From contig CAVTBU010000005.1 in NCBI GenBank assembly GCA_963733035.1, forward strand, positions 736,001-800,000: DNA of 64,000 bases. Reading direction: 5' to 3'. Source of the stretch: Pirellulales bacterium (GTDB lineage: Bacteria > Planctomycetota > Planctomycetia > Pirellulales > PALSA-1355). Below, piece after piece: positions 21,214 to 33,215 of the stretch (position 1 is its first letter; every line of letters begins with the position of its first letter). The translations under genes were made by a program, and so were the position numbers. Below the pieces are notes generated by a model, which worked only from the letters and a program-made list of their open reading frames with translations, ran no database searches and had not been told where the DNA came from.

Positions 21214-24038
21214 TTAAATGCAGCCGAACGCTTGCATCAATAGCTCCTTCTGTTCCATGCGGTGGGCGCTTGCCGAACCCGTCGCCGGACTCGGGGACCC
21301 GCGACGATAGATGCCCGAGAACGGCAGGCGATCGAAGAGTTCTCCGCCAAACCGAGCGAGCAGAAACCGCCATGCGCCCATATTCTCCGGCTCTTCTTGC
21401 ACCCAGTAGACCGGCGTGCCGTTTCGATACGGCGACAGGGCTTCCTTCAGGCTGCCAAACGGCAGCGGATAGAGCTGCTCCATCCGTACGATCGCAACGT
21501 CATGCCGGTTAAGGTCCTCACGTTCCTTGGCAAGTTCGTAGTAAATCTTGCCCGAGCACATTAAAACGCCTTCAACTTCAGGACGCTCGGGGGTTTCGTC
21601 GGGGATTACCTTTTCCCAGTGTCCGGAGGCGCACTCGTCGAGCGTCGAGACGGCACGCGGATGACGCAGCAAGCTCTTGGGAGTCATCACGACCAGCGGC
21701 TTGCGAATGGGCCGCAGGATTTGCCGCCGCAAGGCATGAAAATACTGGGCCGGCGTCGTGGGGTTGATGATCTGGAGGTTGCACTCAGCCGACAGCGACA
21801 AGAATCGCTCCAACCGGGCCGAGGAGTGTTCCGGCCCCATCCCCTCGAAGCCATGAGGCAAGAGCATTACCAGCCCGCTCAGCCGCTTCCACTTGGTCTC
21901 GGCGCTGGCAATGAACTGGTCGATGATCACCTGAGCGGCATTCACGAAGTCGCCAAATTGAGCTTCCCAGAGCACCAAGCCGCTGGGGCAATCGAGGCTG
22001 TAGCCGTATTCGAAGCCCAGCACCCCGGCCTCGGAAAGCGGACTGTTGATGATTTCGACTGGGGCCTGCCCCTTGGCGACATGCTGGAGCGGCGTGTAGC
22101 GGTGGCCATCGTCGTAGTCATGAAGGACGGCGTGCCGCTGACTGAACGTGCCGCGCGTGCTGTCCTGGCCGCTCAGGCGAATCCGATGGCCATCACACGC
22201 CAGACTGGCAAACGCCATCGCTTCGGCAGCCGCCCAATCGAGCCCCTTCTCGCCGCGGGCCATTTCGCGCCGTCCCTCCAGAAACCGCTCAATTTTGGGA
22301 TGCGGCTTGAAATCCGCCGGCAGCGTTGTCTGCGCGAGCAACTGAGCGCTAAGCTTCTCACGGTCAACGGCCGTATTTGCCTCTGGAACGTTTTGATCGC
22401 GGCCGCCTACATAGCCCTTCCAGACTCCCGGATGATGGTGCGGCCTGGCAACGTACTCATCGCTTTTGGCCACCGAAAGCTCCTCGTCGAGCAGCCGCGT
22501 TTGTTCCTTTGCGATGTGGTCGGCTTCCTCGCGAGTGATTTCACCCAGCTTTAGCAATCGTGCGAGATAGCTGTCTCGCACCGGCTCGCGCTTGTCGATC
22601 GTTCGATACAGCACAGGGTGCGTGAACGAAGGCTCATCGCTTTCGTTATGACCGCGACGGCGGTAGCAATACATGTCGATTACGACATCGCGTTGAAACT
22701 GGTGTCGGAAGTCCATCGCCAGACGCACGACAAAGGCCACGGCCTCCGGATCTTCACCGTTGACGTGGAATATTGGGATCTGCAGCATCTTGGCCACGTC
22801 GGTGGCATATGTGCTCGATCGGCCTTCGGAAGGGGATGTCACGAAACCGATCTGATTGTTGAGCACGACATGCAACGTGCCGCCCGTGCGGTAACCTTCC
22901 AATTGGCTTAGGTTGAACGTTTCCTGGACCACCCCCTCGCCGGCAAACGCGGCGTCGCCGTGGATGAGCATGGTCAGGGTGTGGCTCCGCTTCGCATCGC
23001 CGAGCCGATCCTGCTTGGCGCGCGTGCGTCCGATGGCAACCGGCGAGACGAATTCCAAGTGGCTGGGATTGAAACACAACGAGAGGTGCACCTTGTGCCG
23101 TGCGGCGGTAACCCAGTCGGTGCTGTAGCCGAGATGGTACTTGACGTCGCCGCGGCCAAGATGCAGCTTTGGATCGAGGTCGGCGAACTCGCGGAAGATC
23201 TCCTGCGGGCTTTTACCCATGATGTTGGCCAGCACGTTCAGCCGACCGCGGTGGGCCATGCCGAACACGATCTCGCGGACGCCCTGATCGCCCGATTTTT
23301 CAATGGCCAGATCGAGCAGCGGAATCAAGCTTTCGGCGCCTTCGAGCGAAAAGCTTTTGGCGCCGGTAAACCGTTTTTGAATGAATTCCTCGAAGATCAC
23401 CGCATCGGTCAAACGCGTGAGAATCCGCAACTGTTCCTGCTTGGTAAGCGTAAGCCGGTTCTCCGTTTCCTCCATTCGGTCCTGGAGCCATTGCCGCACG
23501 CTGAGATCGTCCATGTGCATGAATTGCACGCCGATCGATCGGCAATAGGTGTTGCGTAGCCGTTCCAGAATCGTACGCAGCGTGAGCACGTCGGGGCCGC
23601 GAATCGTATCGGTCGAAAACGGGCGGTCCATGTCGGCTTCGGTGAAGCCGTAGTATTCCGGATCGAGCTCCGGCAGGTGGGGCCTCGGCATACCCAACGG
23701 ATCGATGTTCGCCACCATGTGACCGCGGACGCGGTAGGCACGAACCAATTGGTCGACGCGGTCCTGCAGCAGGGCCGTTTCGGTTTCTCGCGCGGCCGTG
23801 CCGCGGCCATCGGAGCGGTCGCCAGCGGGGTTAAAGATGCTTCTCGGCTTGAACGAAGGCTCCGGCGCATGGGGACAATCGCACCGCTGCCGTTGCTCAT
23901 CGATTTGAAATAGCGACGCCAATCGGCCGACACGCTCGCCGGATCCTGTTGGTAGGCGGCATACATCTCTTCGATGAAGCCCAGGCTCAGACTGTTTAGC
24001 CCGGCTTCGCGGTTTTCATGCTTGCTGGATCTGAGCAT
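21214..24038 (-). CDS. sucA: 2-oxoglutarate dehydrogenase E1; frameshift near 23872
   Basis: [39 protein letters not shown]; the N-terminal DPASVSADW segment is in another frame, repairable in a C run. Confidence 0.93.
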
Positions 24039-24653
24039 CGCGAATTCACCACTACGTCGATTCATCGCATTCCAATTCTAGGTTGCCGGGACCCGCGATT
24101 TCGGTTTTCAACGACTAGGTCGATTGCAGCCACCAGCACGGTTACGTTTATTCTACCGAGCCGGCGAGTGAGCGTGCCGGACCATTGGCGTTGCGCGGCT
24201 GTTCCTGGGGAGGGGATAGAAGCGTACCGAGGCGGAGCTTTTCTTACAAATTCAGTTTTTGTTCGTTGAACGGCTTTTCCGGCGCCCCAACAAATAAAAA
24301 ACCCATCTGTGCAACACACAGACGGGCCACCTACCGCCAATGGACCATGCAACCTGAAAGACACCGCCCCGTTTCTGACGCTCCAATCGCTAAAACCGCC
24401 AGTATGCTAAGGCCGCCGGGCCGAAAGTGTCAAGATGATCGGGAGCCGGAGTTTTGCGTCCGACGCAATCATCTAGTTAGGAGCAACTTATCCCTACGGG
24501 GCGTTTCTCTGTAAATCCCCGGGGCGGGTCATTTTCGACAAGGGCCCTTTGTCCTATCATGGAGGGGTAACTCCTCTTGCCCGCCGGAACCCCGCGGCCG
24601 CGACGATCGGGCATCTACAGACCCGATCAAATGCGCGCGGCAACTCTAAAGAT

Positions 24654-25115
24654 ATGAATGTCACCTTCTCCTGTCCGCGTTGCGATCAGGGCGTGCGTCT
24701 GGGTGTGCCACCCGATGCCACCGCTCTCGAGTGCCCCCATTGCCATCAGTCTGTCGTCGTGCCGCAGGGTGCCCTGGAAGGAGGCCAGCTTCGCCGCTGC
24801 CTGGTCTGCCCCAGCACGGACTTGTTTATCCGCAAGGACTTTCCGCAACGCCTGGGCGTGGGTATCGTCACGGTCGGCATCCTAGCCAGTTGTGTTACCT
24901 GGGCGATGTCGGAAATCGTGGCCACGTTTGCCATTTTGTTTGCCACGGCCTTGATCGACGTGGTGCTCTATTTGATCGTGCCCGATGCCTTGATGTGCTA
25001 TCGCTGCGGCGCCATGTACCGCCAGGCCAAAGGCAGTGGACACGGCCCGTTCAACCTGGAGACGCACGAACGCTATCGTCAACAAGCCGCCCGCATGGCG
25101 GGTCAGTCCCGCTGA
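24654..25115 (+). CDS. Cys-rich (four CxxC) two-TM hypothetical protein
   Basis: CPRC, CPHC, CLVC and CYRC flank two hydrophobic helices. Confidence 0.75.
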   Translation: MNVTFSCPRCDQGVRLGVPPDATALECPHCHQSVVVPQGALEGGQLRRCLVCPSTDLFIRKDFPQRLGVGIVTVGILASCVTWAMSEIVATFAILFATALIDVVLYLIVPDALMCYRCGAMYRQAKGSGHGPFNLETHERYRQQAARMAGQSR

Positions 25116-25210
25116 CGTATCGTAATCGCCGTTCGAGGGGGCCGACGAGCCGTGGGCGTCTGGTCGAACCTCGGCTCGAATTAGCGCGGCGCCGCGAAGC
25201 GCCATTTGCC

Positions 25211-28186
25211 ATGGACCCTGACAGGGAACGAATTCAGGCCGACCTGCGAGGACTCGTTAAGGGCGACGTCCGCTGCGACGACGTTTTTCTCCAGCTCTAC
25301 TCGACCGACGCCAGTATCTATGAAATTCGGCCGCAGGCCGTCGTCCGCCCCCGCACGTTGGCCGACGTGGTGGCCTGCCTCGAATATGCTGCCGAGAATC
25401 AGCTCCCGATCCATCCACGCGGCGCCGGCACCGGCTTGGCAGGTGAATCCCTAGGCGGCGGCATCGTCCTCGACTTTTCCCGCTACATGCGTCGCGTACT
25501 GGAACACGGCGATCATCACGTTCGCGTCCAGCCGGGCATCGTCCACGCACAACTCAACGATTTTTTGCGACCCACGGGTCGACACTTTGGTCCTGACCCG
25601 GCGATGAGCAACGTGACCACGATGGGGAGCGTCGTGGCGATTGATGCCGGAGGAAGCCATTGGCTCAAGTACGGCTCGGCCCGGCAGCACGTGATCGGGC
25701 TGCAGATCGTCCTGGCGGACGGCGACGTGTTGGAGATCGGACGCGAGCCGCTTGCGCAGCCGCCCACCGAGACCGAATCGGTTCGAGGACATTTGGTCAG
25801 TGCCCTGGCCGATGTCCTGCGGCGCAACGCTGACACAATCGAAGCCCACCAACCCAAGAGCGTGGTGAACCGCTGCGGCTACCACCTCGACGTGCTGTCG
25901 GACCGGCATCTCGATTTGGCCGGACTGCTCACTGGGTCGGAGGGGACGCTGGCCGTAATCACGGAGATTACCGTCGCGACGCAGCCGCTACCGCGGCATC
26001 GCGGCGTGGCCCTACTCTTATTCGATCGCCTGGAGGCTGCGGCCCGTGCCGTGCTCGAGATTTTGCCGCTGGGGTGCAGCGCCTGCGACCTGATGGACCG
26101 CCGTCACTTGAGTTTGGCACGCGAGTCGACGGTTCAATTCGACCTGCTGATTCCATCTCAAACCGAAGCCGCTTTGCTCATCGAACAGGAAGGCGACACG
26201 TTGGTGGAAGTCAGCGACAAGCTGGCTCAAGTGATCGATCGCGTGCGCCGCAAAAAGCGGCTGGCATTTTACGCCATCCAGGCGCAGGACCGCGAGGAGA
26301 TCGACCTCTATTGGCGGCTCTCGCGCAAAGTCGTGCCCACGCTCTATCGAATGAAAGGCGCCACGCGTCCTCTGCCTTTCATCGAAGACATGGCGGTGCC
26401 GCCCACCGAACTTCCTGATTTCCTGGTGCGCATGCAAAATGTGCTCAAGCAGCATCAGGTGACTGCCTCGCTGTTTGGGCACGCCGGCCATGGACAGTTG
26501 CACCTGCGACCGCTGTTGGACCTATCCGATCCGTCCGACGTGACGCGGATGACTGAGCTCGCGACGGACCTTTACGGCGAAGTGATCGCCGTGGGCGGCA
26601 CGATCAGCGGCGAGCATGCGGACGGATTGAGCCGCACCTCCTATATCCGCCGTCAATACGGTCCGTTGGCCGACGTGTTTCGCGATGTGAAGCGGGTCTT
26701 CGACCCGCTCAACATCCTGAACCCTGGCAAGATCGTCAGCGACGATCCGGATCTGTTGACACAGAACCTGCGGCACTTGGTCGCCGCGGCGCCGGTTAAT
26801 GGCGAAGCCGATGGTACGACAAACGAACCTCAGCCGACGAACCCAGCGGCACCTCAAACCTGGCAGCTCAACTGGAATGGCGACGAAATCGCCCAGGCAG
26901 CGCGCGATTGTAATGGCTGCGGATCCTGCCGCTCGCAACTGACCGACGTGCGGATGTGCCCGATCTTTCGCTTCGCCCCGGCCGAGGAAAGTTCTCCGCG
27001 AGCCAAGGCGAACTTGATGCGAAGTATTCTGACCGGCGAACTGCCGCTCACCACGCTTACAAGTGACGACTACAAGTCGGTAACCGACCTGTGCGTGAAC
27101 TGCCACATGTGTCGGCTGGAGTGCCCCGCGAGCGTCGACATACCGAAGCTGATGATGGAGGGCAAGGGGTCCTACGTCCAGATCAACGGACTGTCGGCAA
27201 CCGACTGGTTCATGTCGCGGATTGATCGCCTTAGCGCGCTGGGCGGGCGATTCCCTCGGTTGGCTAATAGCGCGATTCGTCACGGCTTTGCTCGGTGGGT
27301 GATGGAAAAGGTGCTCGGCATCGCCCAGGGGCGCAAACTGCCTCGCTTTGCAACTCGCAATTTTTTGCGGACCGCCAGCCGCCGCCGACTGACACGGCCC
27401 ACGCGACGCGACGTGTCGAAGGTGTTGTACTTCGTCGACACCTATGCCAATCACCACGATCCACAACTGGGCGAAGCGCTCGTCAACGTGCTCGAGCACA
27501 ACGCCGTGGCCGTTTACGTTCATCCGGGACAACAGGCCTCGGGCATGCCGATGATTTCGCTCGGTGCGCTGGCCGCGGCGCGAAAAGTGGCCGAGCATAA
27601 TGTGGCTCTGCTGGCCGAAGCCGTGCGACAGGGATATCACGTCGTGGCGACCGAGCCATCGGCCGCGCTGGCGCTGACGCACGAGTATCCGGCGTTATTG
27701 GCCGACGATGACGCACGGCTCGTGGCAGAGCACACCAGCGAGGCCTGCTCCTACTTGTGGCGGCTCCATCAGGGCGGCAAACTGCAGCTTGATCTGCAAC
27801 CCATCAATGCCATTTTGGGCTATCACTTGCCTTGCCACATGAAGGCGCTGCAAGCCGGTTCGCCCGGCGAAAACCTGTTGCGGCTCATCCCGGGGCTCGT
27901 CATCGAACGCACCGAAAACAGTTGCTCGGGCATGGCCGGCACGTTTGGCCTGAAGCGGGAAAATTACCGCGCGAGTCTCCGCGCCGGTCGCACTCTGATT
28001 GGAAGCCTCCGCAGCCCGCGGTTGCAGGCAGGCACCACGGAGTGCAGTGCCTGCAAGATTCAAATGGAACAGGGTGCGGGCAAACCGACGATTCATCCGG
28101 TAAAACTTTTGGCACTGGCGTACGGCCTGATGCCCGAATTGTCGGAAGTCCTTTCCGCGCCCGTCGAAGAATTGGTGGTGACATGA
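25211..28186 (+). CDS. FAD-linked oxidase fused to Fe-S/CCG domains (GlcD-GlcF / YdiJ-like)
   Basis: YSTDASIY, RGAGTGLAG, GSEGTL, SGEHADG, CNGCGSC, CVNCHMCRLECP, CSGMAGTFG. Confidence 0.9.
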   Translation: MDPDRERIQADLRGLVKGDVRCDDVFLQLYSTDASIYEIRPQAVVRPRTLADVVACLEYAAENQLPIHPRGAGTGLAGESLGGGIVLDFSRYMRRVLEHGDHHVRVQPGIVHAQLNDFLRPTGRHFGPDPAMSNVTTMGSVVAIDAGGSHWLKYGSARQHVIGLQIVLADGDVLEIGREPLAQPPTETESVRGHLVSALADVLRRNADTIEAHQPKSVVNRCGYHLDVLSDRHLDLAGLLTGSEGTLAVITEITVATQPLPRHRGVALLLFDRLEAAARAVLEILPLGCSACDLMDRRHLSLARESTVQFDLLIPSQTEAALLIEQEGDTLVEVSDKLAQVIDRVRRKKRLAFYAIQAQDREEIDLYWRLSRKVVPTLYRMKGATRPLPFIEDMAVPPTELPDFLVRMQNVLKQHQVTASLFGHAGHGQLHLRPLLDLSDPSDVTRMTELATDLYGEVIAVGGTISGEHADGLSRTSYIRRQYGPLADVFRDVKRVFDPLNILNPGKIVSDDPDLLTQNLRHLVAAAPVNGEADGTTNEPQPTNPAAPQTWQLNWNGDEIAQAARDCNGCGSCRSQLTDVRMCPIFRFAPAEESSPRAKANLMRSILTGELPLTTLTSDDYKSVTDLCVNCHMCRLECPASVDIPKLMMEGKGSYVQINGLSATDWFMSRIDRLSALGGRFPRLANSAIRHGFARWVMEKVLGIAQGRKLPRFATRNFLRTASRRRLTRPTRRDVSKVLYFVDTYANHHDPQLGEALVNVLEHNAVAVYVHPGQQASGMPMISLGALAAARKVAEHNVALLAEAVRQGYHVVATEPSAALALTHEYPALLADDDARLVAEHTSEACSYLWRLHQGGKLQLDLQPINAILGYHLPCHMKALQAGSPGENLLRLIPGLVIERTENSCSGMAGTFGLKRENYRASLRAGRTLIGSLRSPRLQAGTTECSACKIQMEQGAGKPTIHPVKLLALAYGLMPELSEVLSAPVEELVVT

Positions 28187-28428
28187 ACCTGCAAATACGA
28201 TTGTTTGCCGTGGCCCGACAACTGGCTGGCCAGGAAAGCGTCTCGCTCAAGGTCCCGGAGGGCTGCACAGTGGAACAACTGCGAGAGCAACTCGCCGCCT
28301 CGTATCCGGAATTGGCGACATTGCTGCCACACGTGCTGTTCGCGGTGGGTTCGGAGTACGTGGGGGACGAGCACACACTTGCGGAAACACCCGAGATCGC
28401 GTGTATTCCACCGGTCAGCGGAGGATAA
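28183..28428 (+). CDS. moaD: Molybdopterin synthase sulfur carrier
   Basis: 81 aa, RLFA at N-terminus, IPPVSGG C-terminus, adjacent to moaE. Confidence 0.92.
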   Translation: MNLQIRLFAVARQLAGQESVSLKVPEGCTVEQLREQLAASYPELATLLPHVLFAVGSEYVGDEHTLAETPEIACIPPVSGG

Positions 28429-28437
28429 AATAGAGCC

Positions 28438-28881
28438 ATGATTGAACTCACATCCAGCCCGATCGACACGGCGTGCGTCCTGGCTCACGTGTCCTCGCCC
28501 GAGGCTGGTGCCGTGGTGTTGTTTTTGGGCACGACGCGCAAGTTCACCGCGGGCCGAGAAACCGAATCGCTCAAATACGAATGCTACGCAGAGATGGCCC
28601 AAGCCAAGTTGGCAGAGCTCGAGGCCGAAGCACGTCATCGCTGGCCAATCATTGAATGCGCGATCGTCCATCGCGTTGGACATTTGAAAATCGGCGAAGC
28701 CAGCGTGGCCGTGGCCGTGAGCACGGCGCACCGCGAGGCGGCTTTCGATGCGGGTCAGTGGCTGATCGATACTCTCAAACAGGTCGTTCCCATCTGGAAG
28801 CAAGAGAATTGGAGCGACGGTACCGCGCAATGGGTACACCCAGGACTGGAAGTTCCCACGCAAACGAAGTCCGCGTCATGA
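28438..28881 (+). CDS. moaE: Molybdopterin synthase catalytic subunit
   Basis: GAVVLFLGTTR, HRVGHL, HREAAF, LKQVVPIWKQE. Confidence 0.95.
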   Translation: MIELTSSPIDTACVLAHVSSPEAGAVVLFLGTTRKFTAGRETESLKYECYAEMAQAKLAELEAEARHRWPIIECAIVHRVGHLKIGEASVAVAVSTAHREAAFDAGQWLIDTLKQVVPIWKQENWSDGTAQWVHPGLEVPTQTKSAS

Positions 28882-30014
28882 AACTCGTTGTCCGCAGACA
28901 GCTCGTGGCAAGCCTAGCGATCGTGCTGCTGATCGCGTCGGCGGATGCTGCCGAAAAGATCTCCTTGGATGGGTTTCGCGACGGCATTCGGCATTGGAAG
29001 AATGGGCAGAACGTCGACGGCTATTCCCAATACCGCGATCATCAAGTCCATGAAATCGCCGACAACCTGCTGCTGTACCAGCGAGGCAACGGCGGCTGGC
29101 CGCCGAACTTCGATCCCACTCGCGTTTTGATCGGTGCCGACCGCCAAAGACTGCTCGACGAGCGAGACCGCGAAGACACGTCGTTCGACAATCGTTCCAC
29201 ATACACGGAGGTCGACTACTTGGTCGCGGCCTTTGCGCAGACTGGCGATGCCAGGCATCGCGACGCTGCCTTGCGCGGCATCGAATTCATTCTCGCGGCA
29301 CAGTACGACAACGGTGGTTGGCCACATTCCTATCCCAGCAAAGCCAACTATCGCCCGCACGTCACGATCGTCGACGACGTAATGACCGGTGTGTTGCGTA
29401 CCCTCCGCAAGATCGATTCCGCCGAGCCGCCCTACGATTTTATCGACCGTCAGCTTCGCCAGCGTGTTGCCGGCGCGCTGCGACGCGGCGATCGGTGTTT
29501 GCTCGCGCTGCAGGTGAGAGTCGACGGGCAGCTCGCGGGCTGGGCCGCGCAATACGACGAAGTGACGCTCGAACCAACCACCGGCCGTAGCTTTGAATTG
29601 CCGGCCCTGATCAGCAGCGAAAGCGTGGGTGTGCTGCGGTATTTGATGAGTATTGAGGAACCACGCCCAGAAACGAAGGCGGCGATCCACGCCGGCGTCG
29701 CCTGGCTGCGGCGCTCGCAAATCGATGGGTTGCGCATCAAACGGGTTCCGGCCGAAAGAGTCCGCTATGCGCACCACACGAGCGATTTCGACGTGGTCGC
29801 CGTAGCCGATTCGAGTGCCCCGCCAATTTGGGCTCGGTTTTACGAAATCGACACCAACCGCCCTTTCATGGCCAATCGCGACGGGCGAAAGGTTTACCGC
29901 CTGTCCGAAGTCGCACGCGAACGCCGCACAGGTTACGCCTGGTATAGCAATTCCCCTGAGCGGCTCTTGCAGCAAGAGTTCCCTGCCTGGGAACAGAAAT
30001 GGGGGCAGCCATGA
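28878..30014 (+). CDS. Secreted pectate lyase, PL10 (PelA/Pel-15E) family
   Basis: Signal peptide; NGGWP twice, SFDNRST, WAAQYDE, GRSFELP, WARFYE, ERRTGYAWY. Confidence 0.85.
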   Translation: MKLVVRRQLVASLAIVLLIASADAAEKISLDGFRDGIRHWKNGQNVDGYSQYRDHQVHEIADNLLLYQRGNGGWPPNFDPTRVLIGADRQRLLDERDREDTSFDNRSTYTEVDYLVAAFAQTGDARHRDAALRGIEFILAAQYDNGGWPHSYPSKANYRPHVTIVDDVMTGVLRTLRKIDSAEPPYDFIDRQLRQRVAGALRRGDRCLLALQVRVDGQLAGWAAQYDEVTLEPTTGRSFELPALISSESVGVLRYLMSIEEPRPETKAAIHAGVAWLRRSQIDGLRIKRVPAERVRYAHHTSDFDVVAVADSSAPPIWARFYEIDTNRPFMANRDGRKVYRLSEVARERRTGYAWYSNSPERLLQQEFPAWEQKWGQP

Positions 30015-31010
30015 CGACTGACGCCCCACTGATCGACTCCTTCGGCCGCGTGCACACGAACCTGCGGGTGAGCGTGACCGACCGCTGCAACATCCGTTGT
30101 TTTTATTGCATGCCGGCCGAGAACGTGCGATTCAAACCTCGGCGCGAGTTGCTCACGTTTGAGGAGATAGAGCGATTCGTGCGCGTAGCCACACGGCTGG
30201 GTGTGAACAAAATCCGGCTCACGGGCGGCGAACCGCTGGTACGACACGAGCTACCGCTGTTGGTTCGCAAACTTGCCGGCGTATGCGGCATCGACGACAT
30301 TGCGTTGACCACCAATGGCATGCTGCTTGCCGAGCACGCGGAGGCGCTCAAGAACGCCGGACTGCGTCGGCTCAACATCAGCCTCGACAGTTTGGACGCG
30401 GAGACCTTCTTTCGCATTGCCCGGCGCGAGGGACTCCAACAGGTACTCGACGGGATACAGGCGGCCAAGCGAGTTGGCTTCGACAAGATCAAGCTCAACG
30501 CCGTGGCAATCCGCGGTATTTCCGAGCTCGACATCGTACCGCTCGGGCGATTCGCGCGAGCATGGGCTGGAGATGCGGTTTATCGAGTTCATGCCGCTGG
30601 ATGCCGACGGCAATTGGGATAACGATCAGGTGCTGACCGGCCGACAGATTCGTGAGGTCCTCGAAGCGGAAATCGGTTCGCTGATTCCCGTCCACCGCGA
30701 CGACCCAAGCCAACCTGCCACCGATTTTGACTTCGCCGACGGTCAGGGGCGAATTGGGTTCATCAACCCGGTGACGCAGCCGTTTTGCCAGAGCTGCAAT
30801 CGTCTGCGATTGACGGCCGAGGGCCAGGTTCGCAATTGCCTGTTCTCGACGGAGGAATGGGATGCCCGGGCGTTACTGCGCGGCAAGGAATCGGACGACG
30901 ATGTGGCAGCTCTGATTCGGGCCAGCGTGGGAGCCAAGCGGGCCGGGCACGGAATCAACAGCGACGAATTCTTGAAGCCCGCGCGTGCGATGTACCAGAT
31001 TGGCGGTTAA
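30011..31010 (+). CDS. moaA: GTP 3',8-cyclase; frameshift near 30557
   Basis: CNIRCFYC radical-SAM motif, TGGEP, RFIEFMP, FCQSCNRLR, C-terminal IGG. Confidence 0.93.
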
Positions 31011-31037
31011 CCAAATCGCTTGAGGCGCCTTCATTCC

Positions 31038-32216
31038 ATGTCTCAACCTGCCGCCGAACTGTCCCGGATTTACCTCGACAATGCCGCCACCAGCTGGCCC
31101 AAGCCGCCGGCCGTGTACGAAGCCGTCGATGACTATCAGCGGCGTCTGGGTGCGCCAGCCGGCCGCAGCGGATACGCCGAAGCATCGGAAGTCTCGGGAC
31201 GGATTGAAGCCGCCCGACGCCGAATCGCCAATCTACTCGGCCTTGCGGATGCGAACCATTTAGTCTTTACGTTCAACGGCACCGACTCGCTCAACATCGT
31301 GCTACACGGACTCCTACAGCGCGGCGACCACGTCGTCAGCACGGTGGTCGAGCACAATTCGGTTCTGCGGCCACTGGCCGATTTAACACGGTGCGATGTA
31401 ACCGCGACCTACGTGGGCTGTTCGGACGTGGGCATTGTCGAACCGGATGCCGTTCGCGCGGCCCTGCGGCCTAACACCCGCCTGGTGGCGGTCGCGCACG
31501 CGTCAAACGTCACGGGAGCGCTTCAACCGGTCGCCCAGATTTCGCGAATTGCCCGAGACCATGGGGCGCTGGTCTTGTGTGACGCCGCGCAAACGGTCGG
31601 GCATTTGTCGGTCGACATTCATCAGCTCGGTGTCGACTTCCTCGCGGCCTCGGGCCACAAGGGCCTGCTGGGACCACTGGGAACCGGCATCCTGGCAATT
31701 CGACCGGAGATCTCCGGCGAGCTGCGCAGCGTTCGACAGGGCGGCACGGGAACTCAGAGCGAGGGCGGTCAGCCAGAGGACCTCCCCGCGAAATTCGAGT
31801 CCGGGAATCTCAATGTCCCTGGCATCCTTGGTTTGGACGCGGGCGCCCGCTACTTGACCGAGCGAGGACTCGCAGACGTTGACCGGCACGGACGTCAGTT
31901 GTGCCAGCAGTTGCTCGCGGGCCTCGGCGAGATCTCTGGAGTGCGGATTTTTGGGCCAACCGATGCTCAAGACCGAGTGCCACTAGTCAGCATGGTGTGC
32001 AACGGCTACGATCCGCAGGAGATGGCGCTGGCCCTCGACGCTGCCTGTCGCATTCAAGTGCGTGCCGGACTGCATTGTGCCCCACGTGTGCACGAGGCAA
32101 TGGGTACGCTAGCAAGCGGTGGAACGTTACGATTCAGCCTAGGACCGTTTAACACGTCCGCGGAAATCGACTCCGCAATCAGGGCTGTAGCCGAGTTAAT
32201 GGCCATCGGACCATAA
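31038..32216 (+). CDS. Cysteine desulfurase family class V aminotransferase
   Basis: YLDNAATS, EHNSV, DAAQ, SGHK, RAGLHCA. Confidence 0.9.
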   Translation: MSQPAAELSRIYLDNAATSWPKPPAVYEAVDDYQRRLGAPAGRSGYAEASEVSGRIEAARRRIANLLGLADANHLVFTFNGTDSLNIVLHGLLQRGDHVVSTVVEHNSVLRPLADLTRCDVTATYVGCSDVGIVEPDAVRAALRPNTRLVAVAHASNVTGALQPVAQISRIARDHGALVLCDAAQTVGHLSVDIHQLGVDFLAASGHKGLLGPLGTGILAIRPEISGELRSVRQGGTGTQSEGGQPEDLPAKFESGNLNVPGILGLDAGARYLTERGLADVDRHGRQLCQQLLAGLGEISGVRIFGPTDAQDRVPLVSMVCNGYDPQEMALALDAACRIQVRAGLHCAPRVHEAMGTLASGGTLRFSLGPFNTSAEIDSAIRAVAELMAIGP

Positions 32217-32271
32217 GGCGCCCGGACAATGCAGTTAAAATCGAACGTAAGTCACGAGGTTGGTCCGCGTC

Positions 32272-32688
32272 ATGGATGAAAAGCCCTGGTTTGAAAACGG
32301 TTTGCGATTCACATGCACGGGCTGCGGCGACTGTTGCACCGGCGCGCCGGGGTACGTGTGGGTCAACCGAGAGGAAATTGAAACGCTGGCGCGGCAAGTG
32401 AAACTTACGCCTGCGGAGTTCGACGAGCGCTACGTCCGCAAGGTTGGCATCCGTAAGAGCTTAGTGGAGTACCCCAACGGCGACTGCGTGTTCTTTGACG
32501 CCAACACGCGCAAGTGCACGGTCTATGAGGCTCGTCCGCGTCAATGCAAGACTTGGCCCTTTTGGCAGTCGAACGTGGCCACCGAGGAGGCATGGAAACA
32601 AACGTGCGAGGTCTGTCCCGGCAGCGGGCGCGGTAAGCTTCACTCGGCCGAGAAAATCCTGCATCAAATCTCCATTGTGAAACTGTAA
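32272..32688 (+). CDS. YkgJ family cysteine-cluster protein
   Basis: CTGCGDCC...CVFF...CTVYEARPRQCKTWPFW...CPG. Confidence 0.88.
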   Translation: MDEKPWFENGLRFTCTGCGDCCTGAPGYVWVNREEIETLARQVKLTPAEFDERYVRKVGIRKSLVEYPNGDCVFFDANTRKCTVYEARPRQCKTWPFWQSNVATEEAWKQTCEVCPGSGRGKLHSAEKILHQISIVKL

Positions 32689-33215
32689 CGGCCAGGCACC
32701 ACGGGCTGATAACCCTTCCCTCCCCGTGACCTACTCTCCTGTCGATCAGCACGTAGGCGCCAGCTACCAGCAAAGTGTCCCTGGCACTTCCCCGCTTGCA
32801 TGGGTGATCGGCGGCCTGCCGGTCTGATTTTCACGATTGTTTAAACTTTGCCGGTTGTAGGGCCGATCATTACCCCACATGGCTAAAGTGTGGCATGAGA
32901 CTGCGCGGGGCGAGGAGCTGCCAGGAGACCGCATTGGCGGCCTGAACACAATGCGAGGAAAGAACTTACGTACGAAGATTGGCAACCTGCTTCGATCAAT
33001 TGCTTGTAAGCTATTGGGAATAAAACACTTATCACATGAGTCGGCAGGTTTCGTCGACGTTGAAGATCACGACCGTCGAGCTCAGGCCGAAGCGTTGGCC
33101 AGGGCCTTTGAGCTTGACTGTAGTTCTTACGCCATTTACACTTGGAGCATGACAGCGCCGGCCGAAAGAGCTCTTTTTCGACCCGTGCGCCCCTTCTCTA
33201 TAGGAGAACTGCGTC

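Noticed and set aside
15600..30600. Programmed ribosomal frameshifting in sucA, moaA and the dehydrogenase
   Set aside because: No shared slippery site; the number and type of breaks fit sequencing indels.
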